This document shows positions 39,556 to 50,125 of a stretch of DNA of 64,000 bases, one piece after another. Positions within the stretch are counted from its first letter, which is position 1; every line of letters starts with the position of its first letter. A model generated the notes under the pieces. It saw only the letters and a program-made list of their open reading frames with translations. It was not told the origin of the DNA and did no database searches. Source of the stretch: Candidatus Latescibacterota bacterium (lineage in GTDB: Bacteria > Latescibacterota > UBA2968 > GCA-2709665); NCBI GenBank assembly GCA_965205485.1, contig OZ242180.1:2816001-2880000 (forward strand), given 5' to 3'. The position numbers and the translations under genes are program-made.

Positions 39556-41369
39556 TTGTCAAAAAGCGACCCAACGGTGGACGTTGATCCCTCGCCATCA
39601 GAATCGACCCCCCTCAACGCGGCGAAGCGCATTCGTATCCGGATCGCTCGGTTTTTCCCCCGGTTGAACCTCAGCGAACAGACCATCCTGATCAGTCTGG
39701 CCATTGTTGTCGGCGTCGGCTGCGGGGCGGGATCGGTGCTGTTTCAGTGGTTGCTCGACGCGGCGCACAGGCTGCTGCTCGTCGATGCGCCGGAACTGCT
39801 GGGCAGGTCCTTTCTGTTTCCCCTCATTCCTGCCATGGGCGGCCTGGCCGCCGGCCTGATCGCTTACTTCTATGCGGTGGAGGCGCGGGGCCCCGGCGTT
39901 GCGGAAGTCATGAACGCGATTATCACCAGGCGGGGTGTGATTCGTGCGCGGGTGATGGTTGCAAAGGCGTTTGCTTCCGCATTCACAATCGGATCCGGGG
40001 GGTCGGCCGGGAGCGAGGGGCCGATCATCCAGATCGGGGCCGCATGGGGCTCCACAGTCGGCCGGCTGTTCAGATTCTCCGAAGCGAACCTGAAGACACT
40101 GATTGCCTGCGGGGCTTCGGCCGGGATTTCGGCCATTTTCAACGCGCCGATCGCGGGCGTGCTGTTTTCACTGGAAATCATCCTGGCGGATTTTACGATT
40201 GCGGCCTTTACGCCCGTGGTCATTGCTTCGGTGATTGCGGCAGTCGTTGCAAAGGCCTATATAGGAGAGCGCCAGGTATTCGAGGTGCCGGATTATCAGT
40301 TCGTAAACCTCCACGAGCTCGGTTGGTACGTGATTCTGGCCATTTTCGCGGGTGTCGTCGGCGCCTTCTTCATCAGGCTGCTCTATGCCACCGAAGATCT
40401 CTTCAACCGGCGGGCATTCGGGATACCCGCGTGGCTGAAGCCGGCCGTCGGCGGCGCGCTGGTGGGGCTGATCGGCCTGGGATGCCCGCCGGCAATGGGC
40501 GTGGGCTACGAGATTGTCGGCGCCGCGCTTCAAGGACAGATTCTTCTGCCCATGCTGGGTCTCCTGTTGGGATTGAAGCTGCTTAGCACCTCGCTGACGG
40601 TGGGCTCCGGCGCTTCGGGCGACTCTTCGCGCCATCGCTTTTCATGGGAGCTACGCTCGGCGGCGCCTTCGGCCGCCTCGCCCAGTCCTGGCTGCCCGGC
40701 GTCATCAGCCCCCCGGGCGCATACGCGGTCGTGGGCATGAGCGCCTTTGTCGCCGCGACGACGCACGCCCCATTGACGTCATCCCTGATTATCGTTGAAA
40801 TGACCGGAAACTACCGTCTGATTCTGCCGTTGATGTTCACCACCGTTCTGGCTGTGGTCATGGCGCGTGTGATCGAGCGTGAGTCGATCTATTCGCTGAA
40901 GCTCCGGCGCCGGGGCTTGAATATACATCAGGGACGGGATCTGTCGGTATTGGAAAAACTACCGGTCTCGGGGATCGTGCGCACGGACTATGACTTTATC
41001 AGGGAACACACCCCTCTGCGCGAGATTGTCGACATGATCGGCCGCAGCAATCTGCAGGACTTCCCACTGAAGGACGACGCGGGCCGGTTCAAGGGCATGA
41101 TCTGGTTTCACGACATTCGGGAAGTGATGCTCGAGTACGATATGCACGCGCTGCTTATCGCCGAAGACGTAATAGGAGAGCCGCCGCCCGCCCTGGTGCC
41201 CACGAGTTCGCTGGCCGACGCTCTCGTTCAATTCTCAAAAACGGATGCGAATACGCTGCCGGTATTTCGTTCGGATTCCCGGGAGGAACTGGAAGGGATT
41301 ATCACCCGATCGGACCTGCTGCGCAGTTACGAGAGGGAACTCCTCATCCGGGGACGGCCGGCCGGATAG
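39556..41369 (+). pseudogene. ClC chloride channel/antiporter with CBS pair, frameshifted at ~40621 (pseudogene or sequencing error)
   Basis: GPGVAEV, GSAGSEGP, FNAPIAG. Adding one G at 40621 restores SGASGGLFAPSLFMG and joins ORFs 39556-40740 and 40644-41369 (CBS domains, IYS). Confidence 0.85.
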
Positions 41370-41486
41370 ACGGCACCCGGGCTTGTGCCCGGCCATGTCC
41401 GACCCCGCATGGGCGCCGCCGTTTTCCACGGCATTCGTCAACCGTCCCGACATTGGCGTATCCCCCTGTTTTTTGTGCCTTTTCCC

Positions 41487-41515
41487 TTGACTACGAACAA
41501 GCTATGGGTTATTTT
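41487..41515 (+). promoter_or_regulatory. sigma70-like promoter
   Basis: TTGACT-N17-TATTTT. Confidence 0.55.
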
Positions 41516-41589
41516 TCGCTTCGCCGGGCCTGGCTGTACAGGCGTCGGATATTAACGGTGGTTACGGGGTGTTCGCGGGAGACGCATTC

Positions 41590-42051
41590 ATGACCCTGAT
41601 GGAGATTCTTTCAGGCAGGTCGGTAATCGCCGGGTTGACGGGCCGGAACAAACGGGAAATTCTCAAGGAACTGGTCGATGCCGTAGACAGCGATAAAGTC
41701 ACCGATCGACAAAAGGTCCTCGAAGCGGTGCTGCTTCGCGAGGAAATCATGAGCACCGGAATCGGTCATGGCATCGCCATACCGCATGGCAAGTCCGAGT
41801 TCGTGAGCGAACTGGGCGGCGTACTGGGCATCAAGCGGGAGGGCGTCGACTTCGACGCCCTGGACGACCAGCCGACCTTCATCTTCTTCCTGCTGGTGTC
41901 ACCAATGGACGTTTCAGGTCCGCACATCAAGGCGTTGGCGCGTATCTCGCGCCTGCTCAAAGGCGAGGCGTTTCGCCGACACCTCATTGAATCGGAAGAC
42001 AGTGAAGCCCTGATCACCTGTATTGAAGAAGAAGAGAAGCTTCATTCCTGA
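41590..42051 (+). CDS. PTS EIIA component (PtsN/fructose-type)
   Basis: REEIMSTGIGHGIAIPHG, GVDFDALD, HIKALARISRLL. Confidence 0.92.
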   Translation: MTLMEILSGRSVIAGLTGRNKREILKELVDAVDSDKVTDRQKVLEAVLLREEIMSTGIGHGIAIPHGKSEFVSELGGVLGIKREGVDFDALDDQPTFIFFLLVSPMDVSGPHIKALARISRLLKGEAFRRHLIESEDSEALITCIEEEEKLHS

Positions 42052-42074
42052 TGGAACCTTTCGGGAGGAACCTC

Positions 42075-42107
42075 AGCCTGCGATCAATTGAGAAGCAGGC
42101 TATTTTT
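42075..42107 (+). terminator. intrinsic terminator
   Basis: agcctgc-N13-gcaggct followed by attttt. Confidence 0.5.
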
Positions 42108-42163
42108 GTATGTGAACCGGATCCCCGGTTTCATAGCAGGTTCTGTTTCCGGGTCTGATCGTC

Positions 42164-44260
42164 ATGTTCGGCCTATCCTTTTCATCACCCGCAGTACTGC
42201 ACGGCTTGTGGGCCGCACTGTTGCCGCTGGCGATTCATCTGCTTAACCGCAGGCGGGCCGTGACGGTGGCATTCAGCAACGTGGCTCTCCTTCAGACGCT
42301 TCAACAGGATCGAATGCGCCGGTTCAGGTTGAAGCAGGTCCTGGTGTTGATTCTTCGTACACTGATCATCGTATTTCTGGTACTCGGCTTTGCGCGCCCC
42401 AGGATAAAGGGCGTAGAGGGCGATGGCGCGGTGCGAACGTCTGCGTCGCTTCTGCTGGACCGATCGCTGAGCATGAGTTTCAGGGTACCCGAAGGAACCC
42501 TTTTTGACCGCGCGCGAAACCGGGCGAAAGAGATTCTGAAGCTGTTCAACGCACAGGACGATGTACGTCTGTTCCAGGTGGATGACCGGGTCGAGGAGAT
42601 TGAACCCGGGCGCCCCGACCGTCTCGCGGCAAGGCTCGAGGTCTTGCGGTACACGCAACGTGGAACGGATTTTCAACCCGCGTTGATGGCTGCACTGGCG
42701 CGTGCCTCTCAATCGGAGATTCCGAACAGGGAGATCTACGTCGTCTCGGATTTTGCCGCGAACGGCTGGTCGGAGATTCCCGATACGCTCTTTGCGGGAA
42801 CGGGCATTGCCGTGTTTTGCGTACCGGTTCGAACGTCTGAGCCGGACAATACCGGCATCCGGCATGCGGCCCCCGTCGAAGGGATCCTTGGCGCCGGCAG
42901 CGCTTCGACGCTGAGTGTGTCTTTAAAGGATTACGGTGGTCCCGTCCGGCTGAGGTCGCCGGTACAGGTTTATCTGGACGGAAGCCGGATCGGTCAGCAG
43001 GTGATACGCACAGAGCCCGGTACCTCCCTGCGTCTCCACTTCCGGTTCGTTCCGGAAAGGGGAGGACTGGTTCCCTTGCGTGTCGAGCTCGGTGACGACG
43101 ACATGGCGGCGGACAACGTCTACACGTCGGTCCTGAACATCCCCGAGCGCGTGAGCGTGCTTCTGATTGCCGAAAACGATGACGAGACCTATTTCGTCGC
43201 ACGGGCGCTGGAAGCAGGGTCAGGGCATTCGGTATCGGTCCGATCGGTCCGGCCTGATGAATTGAATGCGGACCTCTTGCACGGGACGGACGCGGCCCTG
43301 TTGTTCAACGTGTCCCGGTTGTCCGCCGGCGCCCTGAAGGTCCTTGAATACCGGGTGCAAAGCGGAATGGGCCTGCTGGTCGTCCTGGGGGACCGGGTGG
43401 ATTTTCGGCATTACAATTCCGCATTGCTGCCGGTCCTGTTTCCCGCGTCGCTCGTCGGCGTGGAGGGTTCTCCCGGACAGAACGTCACCTATCACAGGCT
43501 GCGGAAAACACTGCCTGACCATGCGGTCTTCGGCGATTCAGGTTCGGCCGAAGTGCTGCGAAGGCCCCGGTTCTACGCGTACTGCCGGATTCGGCTGGGC
43601 GGCTCATCGCAGCCTGTTCTCCTGTTCCGCAGCGGCGACCCCGCCCTGGCCGAGACCCGCCTCGGCGCGGGTCGCGTCGCGTTGTTTGCCGCCGGCCTTA
43701 ATTCCGATCTGAGCTGGACCGACCTGCCTCTGACGGGAATCTTCGTTCCGTTCATTCATCGGATGATCCGTTATCTGGCGGCGGGTTCTCCAGGCCGGTC
43801 GGACTACTTCGTGGGCGACAGGGTGTATCGGAGCCGGTCTGAGGTCCAGGCTCGTGAGGCCCTGCTCAGACCTCCGGAGGGCGAGGCTCGAACGATCTGG
43901 CCCGAACAGCGCGGGGCACACTCGGTATGGCCGGTCGGCGAGGTGGATATTCCCGGCGTCTGGGAGATTTACGCGCTGGACCGTCTGGCAGACCGGTTCG
44001 CGGTTCGTGTCGATGCCGCGGAGGGGGACCCTGCGCCTGCGTCAGCGGATCGGCTCAAAAGAGTGTTCGAGGGGTCCCGTCTGCGATTTGTGGAACCGGA
44101 AGTCCCCCCGGCAGACGTCGTCCGGGCAGCGCGCGGGGGCCGGGAGCTATGGAGACTTGCGCTGGGCCTGGCGCTCGTTTCGATGATGTTGGAGGCCATC
44201 CTGGCGCAATCGGAACGGCAGGGCAGGCGGATCCAATCCGGCATCCGGCCGTCGTCTTGA
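42164..44260 (+). CDS. BatA N-terminal / vWA-domain membrane protein
   Basis: LPLAIHLLNRRR..FS..L, LRTL..LGFARP, MIDAS-like LDRSLSM, SDF, C-terminal ELWR + TM. Confidence 0.85.
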   Translation: MFGLSFSSPAVLHGLWAALLPLAIHLLNRRRAVTVAFSNVALLQTLQQDRMRRFRLKQVLVLILRTLIIVFLVLGFARPRIKGVEGDGAVRTSASLLLDRSLSMSFRVPEGTLFDRARNRAKEILKLFNAQDDVRLFQVDDRVEEIEPGRPDRLAARLEVLRYTQRGTDFQPALMAALARASQSEIPNREIYVVSDFAANGWSEIPDTLFAGTGIAVFCVPVRTSEPDNTGIRHAAPVEGILGAGSASTLSVSLKDYGGPVRLRSPVQVYLDGSRIGQQVIRTEPGTSLRLHFRFVPERGGLVPLRVELGDDDMAADNVYTSVLNIPERVSVLLIAENDDETYFVARALEAGSGHSVSVRSVRPDELNADLLHGTDAALLFNVSRLSAGALKVLEYRVQSGMGLLVVLGDRVDFRHYNSALLPVLFPASLVGVEGSPGQNVTYHRLRKTLPDHAVFGDSGSAEVLRRPRFYAYCRIRLGGSSQPVLLFRSGDPALAETRLGAGRVALFAAGLNSDLSWTDLPLTGIFVPFIHRMIRYLAAGSPGRSDYFVGDRVYRSRSEVQAREALLRPPEGEARTIWPEQRGAHSVWPVGEVDIPGVWEIYALDRLADRFAVRVDAAEGDPAPASADRLKRVFEGSRLRFVEPEVPPADVVRAARGGRELWRLALGLALVSMMLEAILAQSERQGRRIQSGIRPSS

Positions 44261-44332
44261 GAAACGCCTGGAACGAGCAAGTGATGTTGTATGGTATAAA
44301 TAAATGTTTTACAATAATTTATTAGTTTATTC

Positions 44333-44361
44333 TTGACTTTTCTCCGGGGCGCTCGTATTTT
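44333..44361 (+). promoter_or_regulatory. sigma70-like promoter for topA with AT-rich UP region
   Basis: TTGACT-N17-TATTTT preceded by AT-rich 44290-44332. Confidence 0.6.
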
Positions 44362-44525
44362 TGAATCGGACGGGTTGCATGCCTCACACGATGCAGGCAC
44401 GGAGATCGTCGGGCATCGCTTTTCAAGGAATGCGGTCCTGTCTCTCCGTGTCTCAATACCTATCGTAACCGGGCTGAGTCACTCGATGATTTATTTCGAC
44501 GTGGCTCGTTCTTTTGGGAGACAAT

Positions 44526-46781
44526 ATGCCGGATGCGCTGGTGGTGGTCGAGTCGCCGGCCAAGGCGAGGACGATCAACAAGATACTCGGTAAAGACTTC
44601 AAGGTATTGGCCAGCATGGGGCATGTCCGTGACCTGCCGAAGAAGGAACTGGGCATTGATGTCACGAACGGATTCAAGCCGACGTATCGCACAATCCGCG
44701 ATCGGAACAAATTCGTCAAGGAGCTTCGCGCGGCCTCCCGCTCGGCAGGGCGGCTGATTCTTGCGACGGACCCCGACCGCGAGGGGGAAGCCATTGCGTG
44801 GCACGTGGCCGAGGCGCTCAAGCGGGTCAAAGATGCCCATAGGGTAACGTTTAATGAGATTACGGAACGCGCTGTCAGAGAGGCGGTGGCCAAGCCTTCC
44901 AGGATCGATGTGAGGAAGGTGGACGCTCAGCAGGCCCGCCGGGTTCTGGATCGCCTCGTGGGGTACAAGGTCAGTCCACTCCTGTGGAAAACGGTTCACG
45001 GCGGTCTGAGCGCCGGGCGGGTCCAGTCGGTTGCGCTTCGATTGATCTGCGAAAGGGAAGCTGCGATCGACGCGTTCGTTCCGGAAGAATACTGGACGGT
45101 CGACGCGAAGGTGAAACGGGAGGACACCGTTCCGTTCAGGGCGCGGTTGGTCCGGCACAAGGGTGAAAAGCTGGCGTTGAAGACCCGGGTGGAGGTGGAC
45201 CATATTCTTCTGGATCTGCGTGCGGCGGCCTCAGACCCGGGATACCGCATCGCCGATGTGAAACGGCAGCGGCAACGGCGCAATCCGGCCCCGCCATTCA
45301 TAACGAGTACGCTGCAGCAGGAGGCGTCCAGGCGGCTGCGGTTTACTGCGCGGAAGACGATGCAGGTGGCCCAGCAGCTCTACGAGGGCGTTGAGGTACG
45401 GGGCGGAACGGCAGAAGCGACCGAAACAACCGGTCTGATAACATATATGAGGACTGACTCCACCCGGTTGGCGAGCGACGCTGTAACCTCCGCGAGAGAC
45501 TATATCCGGCAGCGGTTCGGGGAGGCGTATCTGCCGGCCCGGGCAAGAACGTACCGAAAAGGAAAGGGGGCGCAGGATGCGCACGAGGCGATACGCCCCA
45601 CGGATCTGCAGCGTCCTCCTGAGGTCGTCGAGGCGCAGCTGACGGACGATCAGGCGAAGCTCTATCGCCTGATCTGGGATCGGTTCATCGCCTGTCAGAT
45701 GGCGTCGGCCGTGTTCAACCGGACCGCGGTGGATATCCGGGCGGGCGAGTATGAGTTGCGGGCAACCGGGTCGGAGCTCAAGTTTGCCGGTTTTACGGCG
45801 CTCTACACGGAGGGCAGGGACGACGAAGCCGAGCAGGCCGAGGCGCGGCTTCCCGATGGATTGAAGAAGGGAGATCTCCTGACAATGATGTCGCTGCTGC
45901 CCGAGCAGCATTTCACAAAGCCGCCGCCCAGATTCTCCGAAGCCACCCTGGTCAAGGAGCTGGAATCACGCGAAATCGGACGACCCAGTACCTATGCCCA
46001 GATTATCAGCACGCTCCAGGACAGGGACTACACGGCAAGAAAGAGCGGACGGTTCACGCCGACGGAACTGGGGCGTACGGTCAACGGAATTCTGGTCAAG
46101 GCGTTTCCCGATGTGTTCAACGTGGATTTCACCGCGAGGATGGAAGATGAACTGGACCAGGTCGAAGCCGGCGAGGCAGGATGGGTGAAGGTGGTGGAGG
46201 ACTTCTACGGGCCGTTTGCCAGAGACCTTGAAAAGGCGGAAGGGCAGCGAAGAGAACTGAAGGCGTCACTGCAGGAGGAGACGGACAGAATCTGCGAGAA
46301 GTGCGGAAGGGTTTTCGTGATCAAATGGGGTCGAAACGGCCGTTTTCTTGCCTGTTCCGGATTTCCGGAATGCCGGAATACCCACCCGCTCGAAGCTTCC
46401 GAGCCGGAACCAACGGATGAAGTTTGCGAGAAATGCGGATCGGACATGGCCATTCGTACAGGACGCAATGGACGATTCCTTGCATGTTCGGGGTACCCCG
46501 GGTGCAAGAATACCCGGTCGATTTCCACGGGCGTGCCGTGTCCGCAGGAAAAATGCGACGGCCAGCTCAAGGAACGAAGCAGCCGGCGGGGCAGGACGTT
46601 CTTCAGTTGCGGCAACTTTCCGGAGTGTACGTACGCGAGTTGGGATCGGCCCCTGAATCGGCCGTGCCCGATGTGCAACGGACCGTTTCTGGCCGAGCAT
46701 GCCGGTCGAAACGGCCGGACGTCCTTCCGTTGCCTGAAGTGCAGGCATACGATGCCGGCCGCGCAGGAGGAACGGGTGTAA
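44526..46781 (+). CDS. topA: DNA topoisomerase I with C-terminal zinc ribbons
   Basis: VVESPAKA, GHVRDL, ATDPDREGEAI, SAGRVQS, ITYMRTDS, AHEAIRPT, C4 zinc-finger repeats. Confidence 0.97.
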   Translation: MPDALVVVESPAKARTINKILGKDFKVLASMGHVRDLPKKELGIDVTNGFKPTYRTIRDRNKFVKELRAASRSAGRLILATDPDREGEAIAWHVAEALKRVKDAHRVTFNEITERAVREAVAKPSRIDVRKVDAQQARRVLDRLVGYKVSPLLWKTVHGGLSAGRVQSVALRLICEREAAIDAFVPEEYWTVDAKVKREDTVPFRARLVRHKGEKLALKTRVEVDHILLDLRAAASDPGYRIADVKRQRQRRNPAPPFITSTLQQEASRRLRFTARKTMQVAQQLYEGVEVRGGTAEATETTGLITYMRTDSTRLASDAVTSARDYIRQRFGEAYLPARARTYRKGKGAQDAHEAIRPTDLQRPPEVVEAQLTDDQAKLYRLIWDRFIACQMASAVFNRTAVDIRAGEYELRATGSELKFAGFTALYTEGRDDEAEQAEARLPDGLKKGDLLTMMSLLPEQHFTKPPPRFSEATLVKELESREIGRPSTYAQIISTLQDRDYTARKSGRFTPTELGRTVNGILVKAFPDVFNVDFTARMEDELDQVEAGEAGWVKVVEDFYGPFARDLEKAEGQRRELKASLQEETDRICEKCGRVFVIKWGRNGRFLACSGFPECRNTHPLEASEPEPTDEVCEKCGSDMAIRTGRNGRFLACSGYPGCKNTRSISTGVPCPQEKCDGQLKERSSRRGRTFFSCGNFPECTYASWDRPLNRPCPMCNGPFLAEHAGRNGRTSFRCLKCRHTMPAAQEERV

Positions 46782-47062
46782 GACGGCATTCAGGGCCACC
46801 TGCGAAATGCCGGTTCCGAACCGGTAACCGCCGGCGGCCCCGTTGAATTGCCCGCGGCCGCCGACCCCGCGGCAGGAACAGTTTGAAATAACAGTCCGTT
46901 GATAAAGTCGCTCTGCAGGCGAGGCCGAGCCATTGTGGCTGAAGACAAGGCGCGCGACCGAGTCCCATCCAGGGATTCGGCGAGGGAGCGCAACGCAGTA
47001 TTTCGACCGCAAGGGCCGGCCGCAGCCCGGATGGACTTTCTCAACGGGCTGATAAGGTTGTC

Positions 47063-47974
47063 ATGCGAATGCGCGTTTTAATCACGGAATTTCTGCGCCA
47101 TCTCGCCGACGAGCGTCGTCTTTCGCCGCACACGTCACGGGCCTACGGCACGGACCTGGCACGGTTCCTTTCATTCTTGCAGGTCAGATCGGGTCTGGAA
47201 GACCCGGACGTGAGCAGCGTCGCACGTGAGGACATACGGGCGTTCCTGGGGTATCTCAACGGCGCCGGATTCGGCAGGCGTTCAATCGCACGGAAGCTGG
47301 CTTCGCTGCGGACGTTCTTCGCTTTTCTGTGCCGGCTGGGCCGCTTGCGGAAGAACCCTGCGCTTCAGGTCCGTCCGCCAAGGCAGGAAAAGACCTTGCC
47401 CGTACATCTGGATCTCGGAGAAGTGCGGCGCGTGATGGAGAATCCGTCGCCGGATACGGCACTGGGTTTGCGGGACAGGGCGATTCTGGAGTTGTTCTAC
47501 AGTTCCGGAATCCGTTTACGCGAACTTGCGGAAATCAATATGGACGGCCTGGACCTTGACAGCGGGACCGTCCGGGTAACGGGGAAGGGCGGCAAGGAGC
47601 GGCTCGTACCCGTTGGAAGGCCGGCCCGGGAGGCCCTTCGCAGGTATCTCACGCGGCGGCCGGAGCTGTTGCCGGGGGATGCGCCCGAGGTTGACCGTCG
47701 TCGTTTTTTCCTGAGCCGTACCGGCAGGGCGTTGAGCGCAAGCGGGGTTCAGGACCGGGTCGTGGGTCATCTCGAGCAGGCGACGGGCAGGGGCCGCCTG
47801 GGGCCGCATACGCTGAGACATACCTTCGCTACACATCTGCTGGACAGGGGCGCCGATCTGAATGCGGTAAAGGAGATGCTTGGTCACGCGAGCCTGTCCA
47901 CAACGCAGATCTATACCCACGTGAGTGTGGAGCGGTTAAAGAAGGCCTATCGGCAGGCGCATCCGAGAGCGTAG
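47063..47974 (+). CDS. xerC: tyrosine recombinase XerC
   Basis: RD.AILELFYSSGIR, GKGGKER, HTLRHTFATHLL, LGH.SLSTTQIYTH; downstream of topA. Confidence 0.88.
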   Translation: MRMRVLITEFLRHLADERRLSPHTSRAYGTDLARFLSFLQVRSGLEDPDVSSVAREDIRAFLGYLNGAGFGRRSIARKLASLRTFFAFLCRLGRLRKNPALQVRPPRQEKTLPVHLDLGEVRRVMENPSPDTALGLRDRAILELFYSSGIRLRELAEINMDGLDLDSGTVRVTGKGGKERLVPVGRPAREALRRYLTRRPELLPGDAPEVDRRRFFLSRTGRALSASGVQDRVVGHLEQATGRGRLGPHTLRHTFATHLLDRGADLNAVKEMLGHASLSTTQIYTHVSVERLKKAYRQAHPRA

Positions 47975-48023
47975 CGACGTGAGAACGGACACGGAAGTCG
48001 GTGGATGGCCATACAGGGTATAC

Positions 48024-49727
48024 GTGCCGTTTTCCATTCCGAAAAAGACGGCTCGTGTTCTGATGAGCCTTCTTCCGCTTCTCGCAGGCGCGTGCGCCAA
48101 CCCCAGACCGCCGCCTGGCGGTCCTCCGGATGCGACCCCGCCGCGGGTTGTCCACACAACGCCGGCGGCCGATTCAGTAGGTGTTGGATCGGATACACGC
48201 ATCCGGATCGGGTTCAGCGAATCCATGAACCGCCGATCGGTCACGCGCGCGGTCTTCATTTCGCCGCGCCTTTCCACCGATCCGGATTTCAGATGGCGAG
48301 GACGGGAGCTTGAAATCCGTCCACGTGAAGGCCTCCGTGAGGATCGTACGTACGTTGTATCGGTTGGCGCGGGCAGTTCAGACGAGTCGTCCAACCGTAT
48401 GGAGGCGACCTACAGCTTCGCGTTCTCCACCGGTGACCGGCTGAGTCGCGGTGAAATCCACGGAAGCGTCGAACTGAATACCGGGAAGCGGGGACAGGCC
48501 TACGTCTGGGCGTACGATCTGACCGGGACCGGCGACCCCGATCCCGCGACAGACCCTCCCGCTTATGTGACACAACCCGGCGACGACGGGACGTACCGTT
48601 TTGTACGGCTGGGGGCCGGACGGTACCGGGTATTCGCGTTCCAGGATGGAGACCGCGACCAGGACTATCGTCCGGGCGAGCCCATTGCGGTACCGCCGGG
48701 GGACGTCCCGCTCGGATCCGGCGACGGGCGTGTGCAATTGGGTCTGCTGAAGATGGCGGTACGTGACAGCGTGCCGCCGCGTTTCGTTTCGGCGCGGACG
48801 CCCGACCGGCGGCGGCTGTCACTGCGGTTCGACGAACCCGTGATCCTGTCCTCGCCGCCCCGCATTTCCGGCGGCGCTGGATTTCTCGCGGTTCAGGCCG
48901 TATACACGGACGCGACCGATTCCAGCCGGGTGTGGCTGGTTACCGGTCCGCAGACCGCCGGGACGGAATACAGTGTGGCGTTGGGTGGAATCTCAGACCG
49001 TTTCGGGAATCAGATTGCGCCTGGCGAGGCGGCAGCGGTGCGCGGCGAGGGGCAGCCCGACCGCCGAGCGCCGGTTCCGGTTCGTGTCAATCCCGATGTT
49101 GGCGCACTGCACGTATCGCAGGGCGTCGCGCTGCGAGTCGATTTCAACGAGGCGATGTCTGACGATTCGAGGCCTGACTTCTGGGCCGTTTCGGACAGTA
49201 CGGACGCCCCCGAGGGACGTATTTCGTGGCCGCTGCCCAACCGGCTTGCATTCCGGCCCCTCCGGGCCTGGGCGCCGGGTAAGACTTACGTTCTGCGAGC
49301 CCGGTCCGACCGGCTTTCGGACGTTTCAGGCAACCCGGCCGAAGGTGAGATCCTGTTCCGGTTTTCAGTTGCGTCGCCAGAGGATCAGGGCGCATTGAGC
49401 GGTTCGGTTGTACCGTCTGATACGCCCATCGTCGTGCAGGCGCGGCCGGCTTCGGCGTCGGAAGTGACGCATGCGATCACTGTCACACCCGGAGACTCAT
49501 CGTATTTTTTCGAAGCGTTGCCGCCCGGATCCTATCGGGTGCTCGCCTTCGGTGACGTCGACGGCACCCGCACATGGACGCCGGGCGTGGTCAGACCGTT
49601 CGTTGCCGCCGAACCCTTGTCCGCACTTGATGATACCATAAGTGTCGTCTCCCGATGGGAGACGAGTGCTGAGGAGCGGCTGAACCTGTACGTTTGGACG
49701 TCTTCAGGGATCGAACGGGAGAAGTAG
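48024..49727 (+). CDS. Ig-like (Big_5) domain lipoprotein
   Basis: LLAGAC lipobox followed by ANPRPPPGGPPDATPP; repeated I.FSE / FDEP / FNE Ig motifs. Start uncertain. Confidence 0.78.
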   Translation: MPFSIPKKTARVLMSLLPLLAGACANPRPPPGGPPDATPPRVVHTTPAADSVGVGSDTRIRIGFSESMNRRSVTRAVFISPRLSTDPDFRWRGRELEIRPREGLREDRTYVVSVGAGSSDESSNRMEATYSFAFSTGDRLSRGEIHGSVELNTGKRGQAYVWAYDLTGTGDPDPATDPPAYVTQPGDDGTYRFVRLGAGRYRVFAFQDGDRDQDYRPGEPIAVPPGDVPLGSGDGRVQLGLLKMAVRDSVPPRFVSARTPDRRRLSLRFDEPVILSSPPRISGGAGFLAVQAVYTDATDSSRVWLVTGPQTAGTEYSVALGGISDRFGNQIAPGEAAAVRGEGQPDRRAPVPVRVNPDVGALHVSQGVALRVDFNEAMSDDSRPDFWAVSDSTDAPEGRISWPLPNRLAFRPLRAWAPGKTYVLRARSDRLSDVSGNPAEGEILFRFSVASPEDQGALSGSVVPSDTPIVVQARPASASEVTHAITVTPGDSSYFFEALPPGSYRVLAFGDVDGTRTWTPGVVRPFVAAEPLSALDDTISVVSRWETSAEERLNLYVWTSSGIEREK

Positions 49728-49729
49728 CG

Positions 49730-50122
49730 GTGCCCAATGAATCTCAACGCAGTCTTTCCGTCAGGAAGCATCTGGCGCCGGTCCTGTTGCTGGCCCTGTT
49801 CTGCGCCTTGATGATTGTCCGGCTTACCGCGCGGACCCCGGATGAGAGCGAACGTGCGCGCGCCCGAATGCACCTCGAATTGATCTACGCGCTGGAGCGT
49901 GCCCACCTGAAGGAATATGGAACTTATCTACCTGTAGACCGTGAAAAAAACGGTGAGATCCTCAAGCTTGACGAGGTGTCCGGCACGTTCCGGTACCGGG
50001 TCACGGTGGAGGGATCGACGTTCGTTGCGGAAGCGCGGGCGGACCTGGACGGAGACGGTCGACACGAGGTGTGGTACGTGGACCAGGAGACGCCCGAACC
50101 CGTGCTGATTCAACAGGACTGA
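49730..50122 (+). CDS. small pilin-like protein (N-terminal TM)
   Basis: TM then EARMHL..IY.LE..H..YGTY helix, YRV..FVAEARADLDGDG..W.VD. Confidence 0.55.
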   Translation: MPNESQRSLSVRKHLAPVLLLALFCALMIVRLTARTPDESERARARMHLELIYALERAHLKEYGTYLPVDREKNGEILKLDEVSGTFRYRVTVEGSTFVAEARADLDGDGRHEVWYVDQETPEPVLIQQD

Positions 50123-50125
50123 GTC

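Noticed and set aside
46782..47062. Gap between topA and xerC as a trmFO remnant or small gene
   Set aside because: No recognisable motif or convincing RBS/ORF.
47063..47974. Tyrosine recombinase as a phage or integron integrase for the TA patch
   Set aside because: Size, motifs and position after topA fit housekeeping XerC; no integron-integrase insertion or attC sites were seen.
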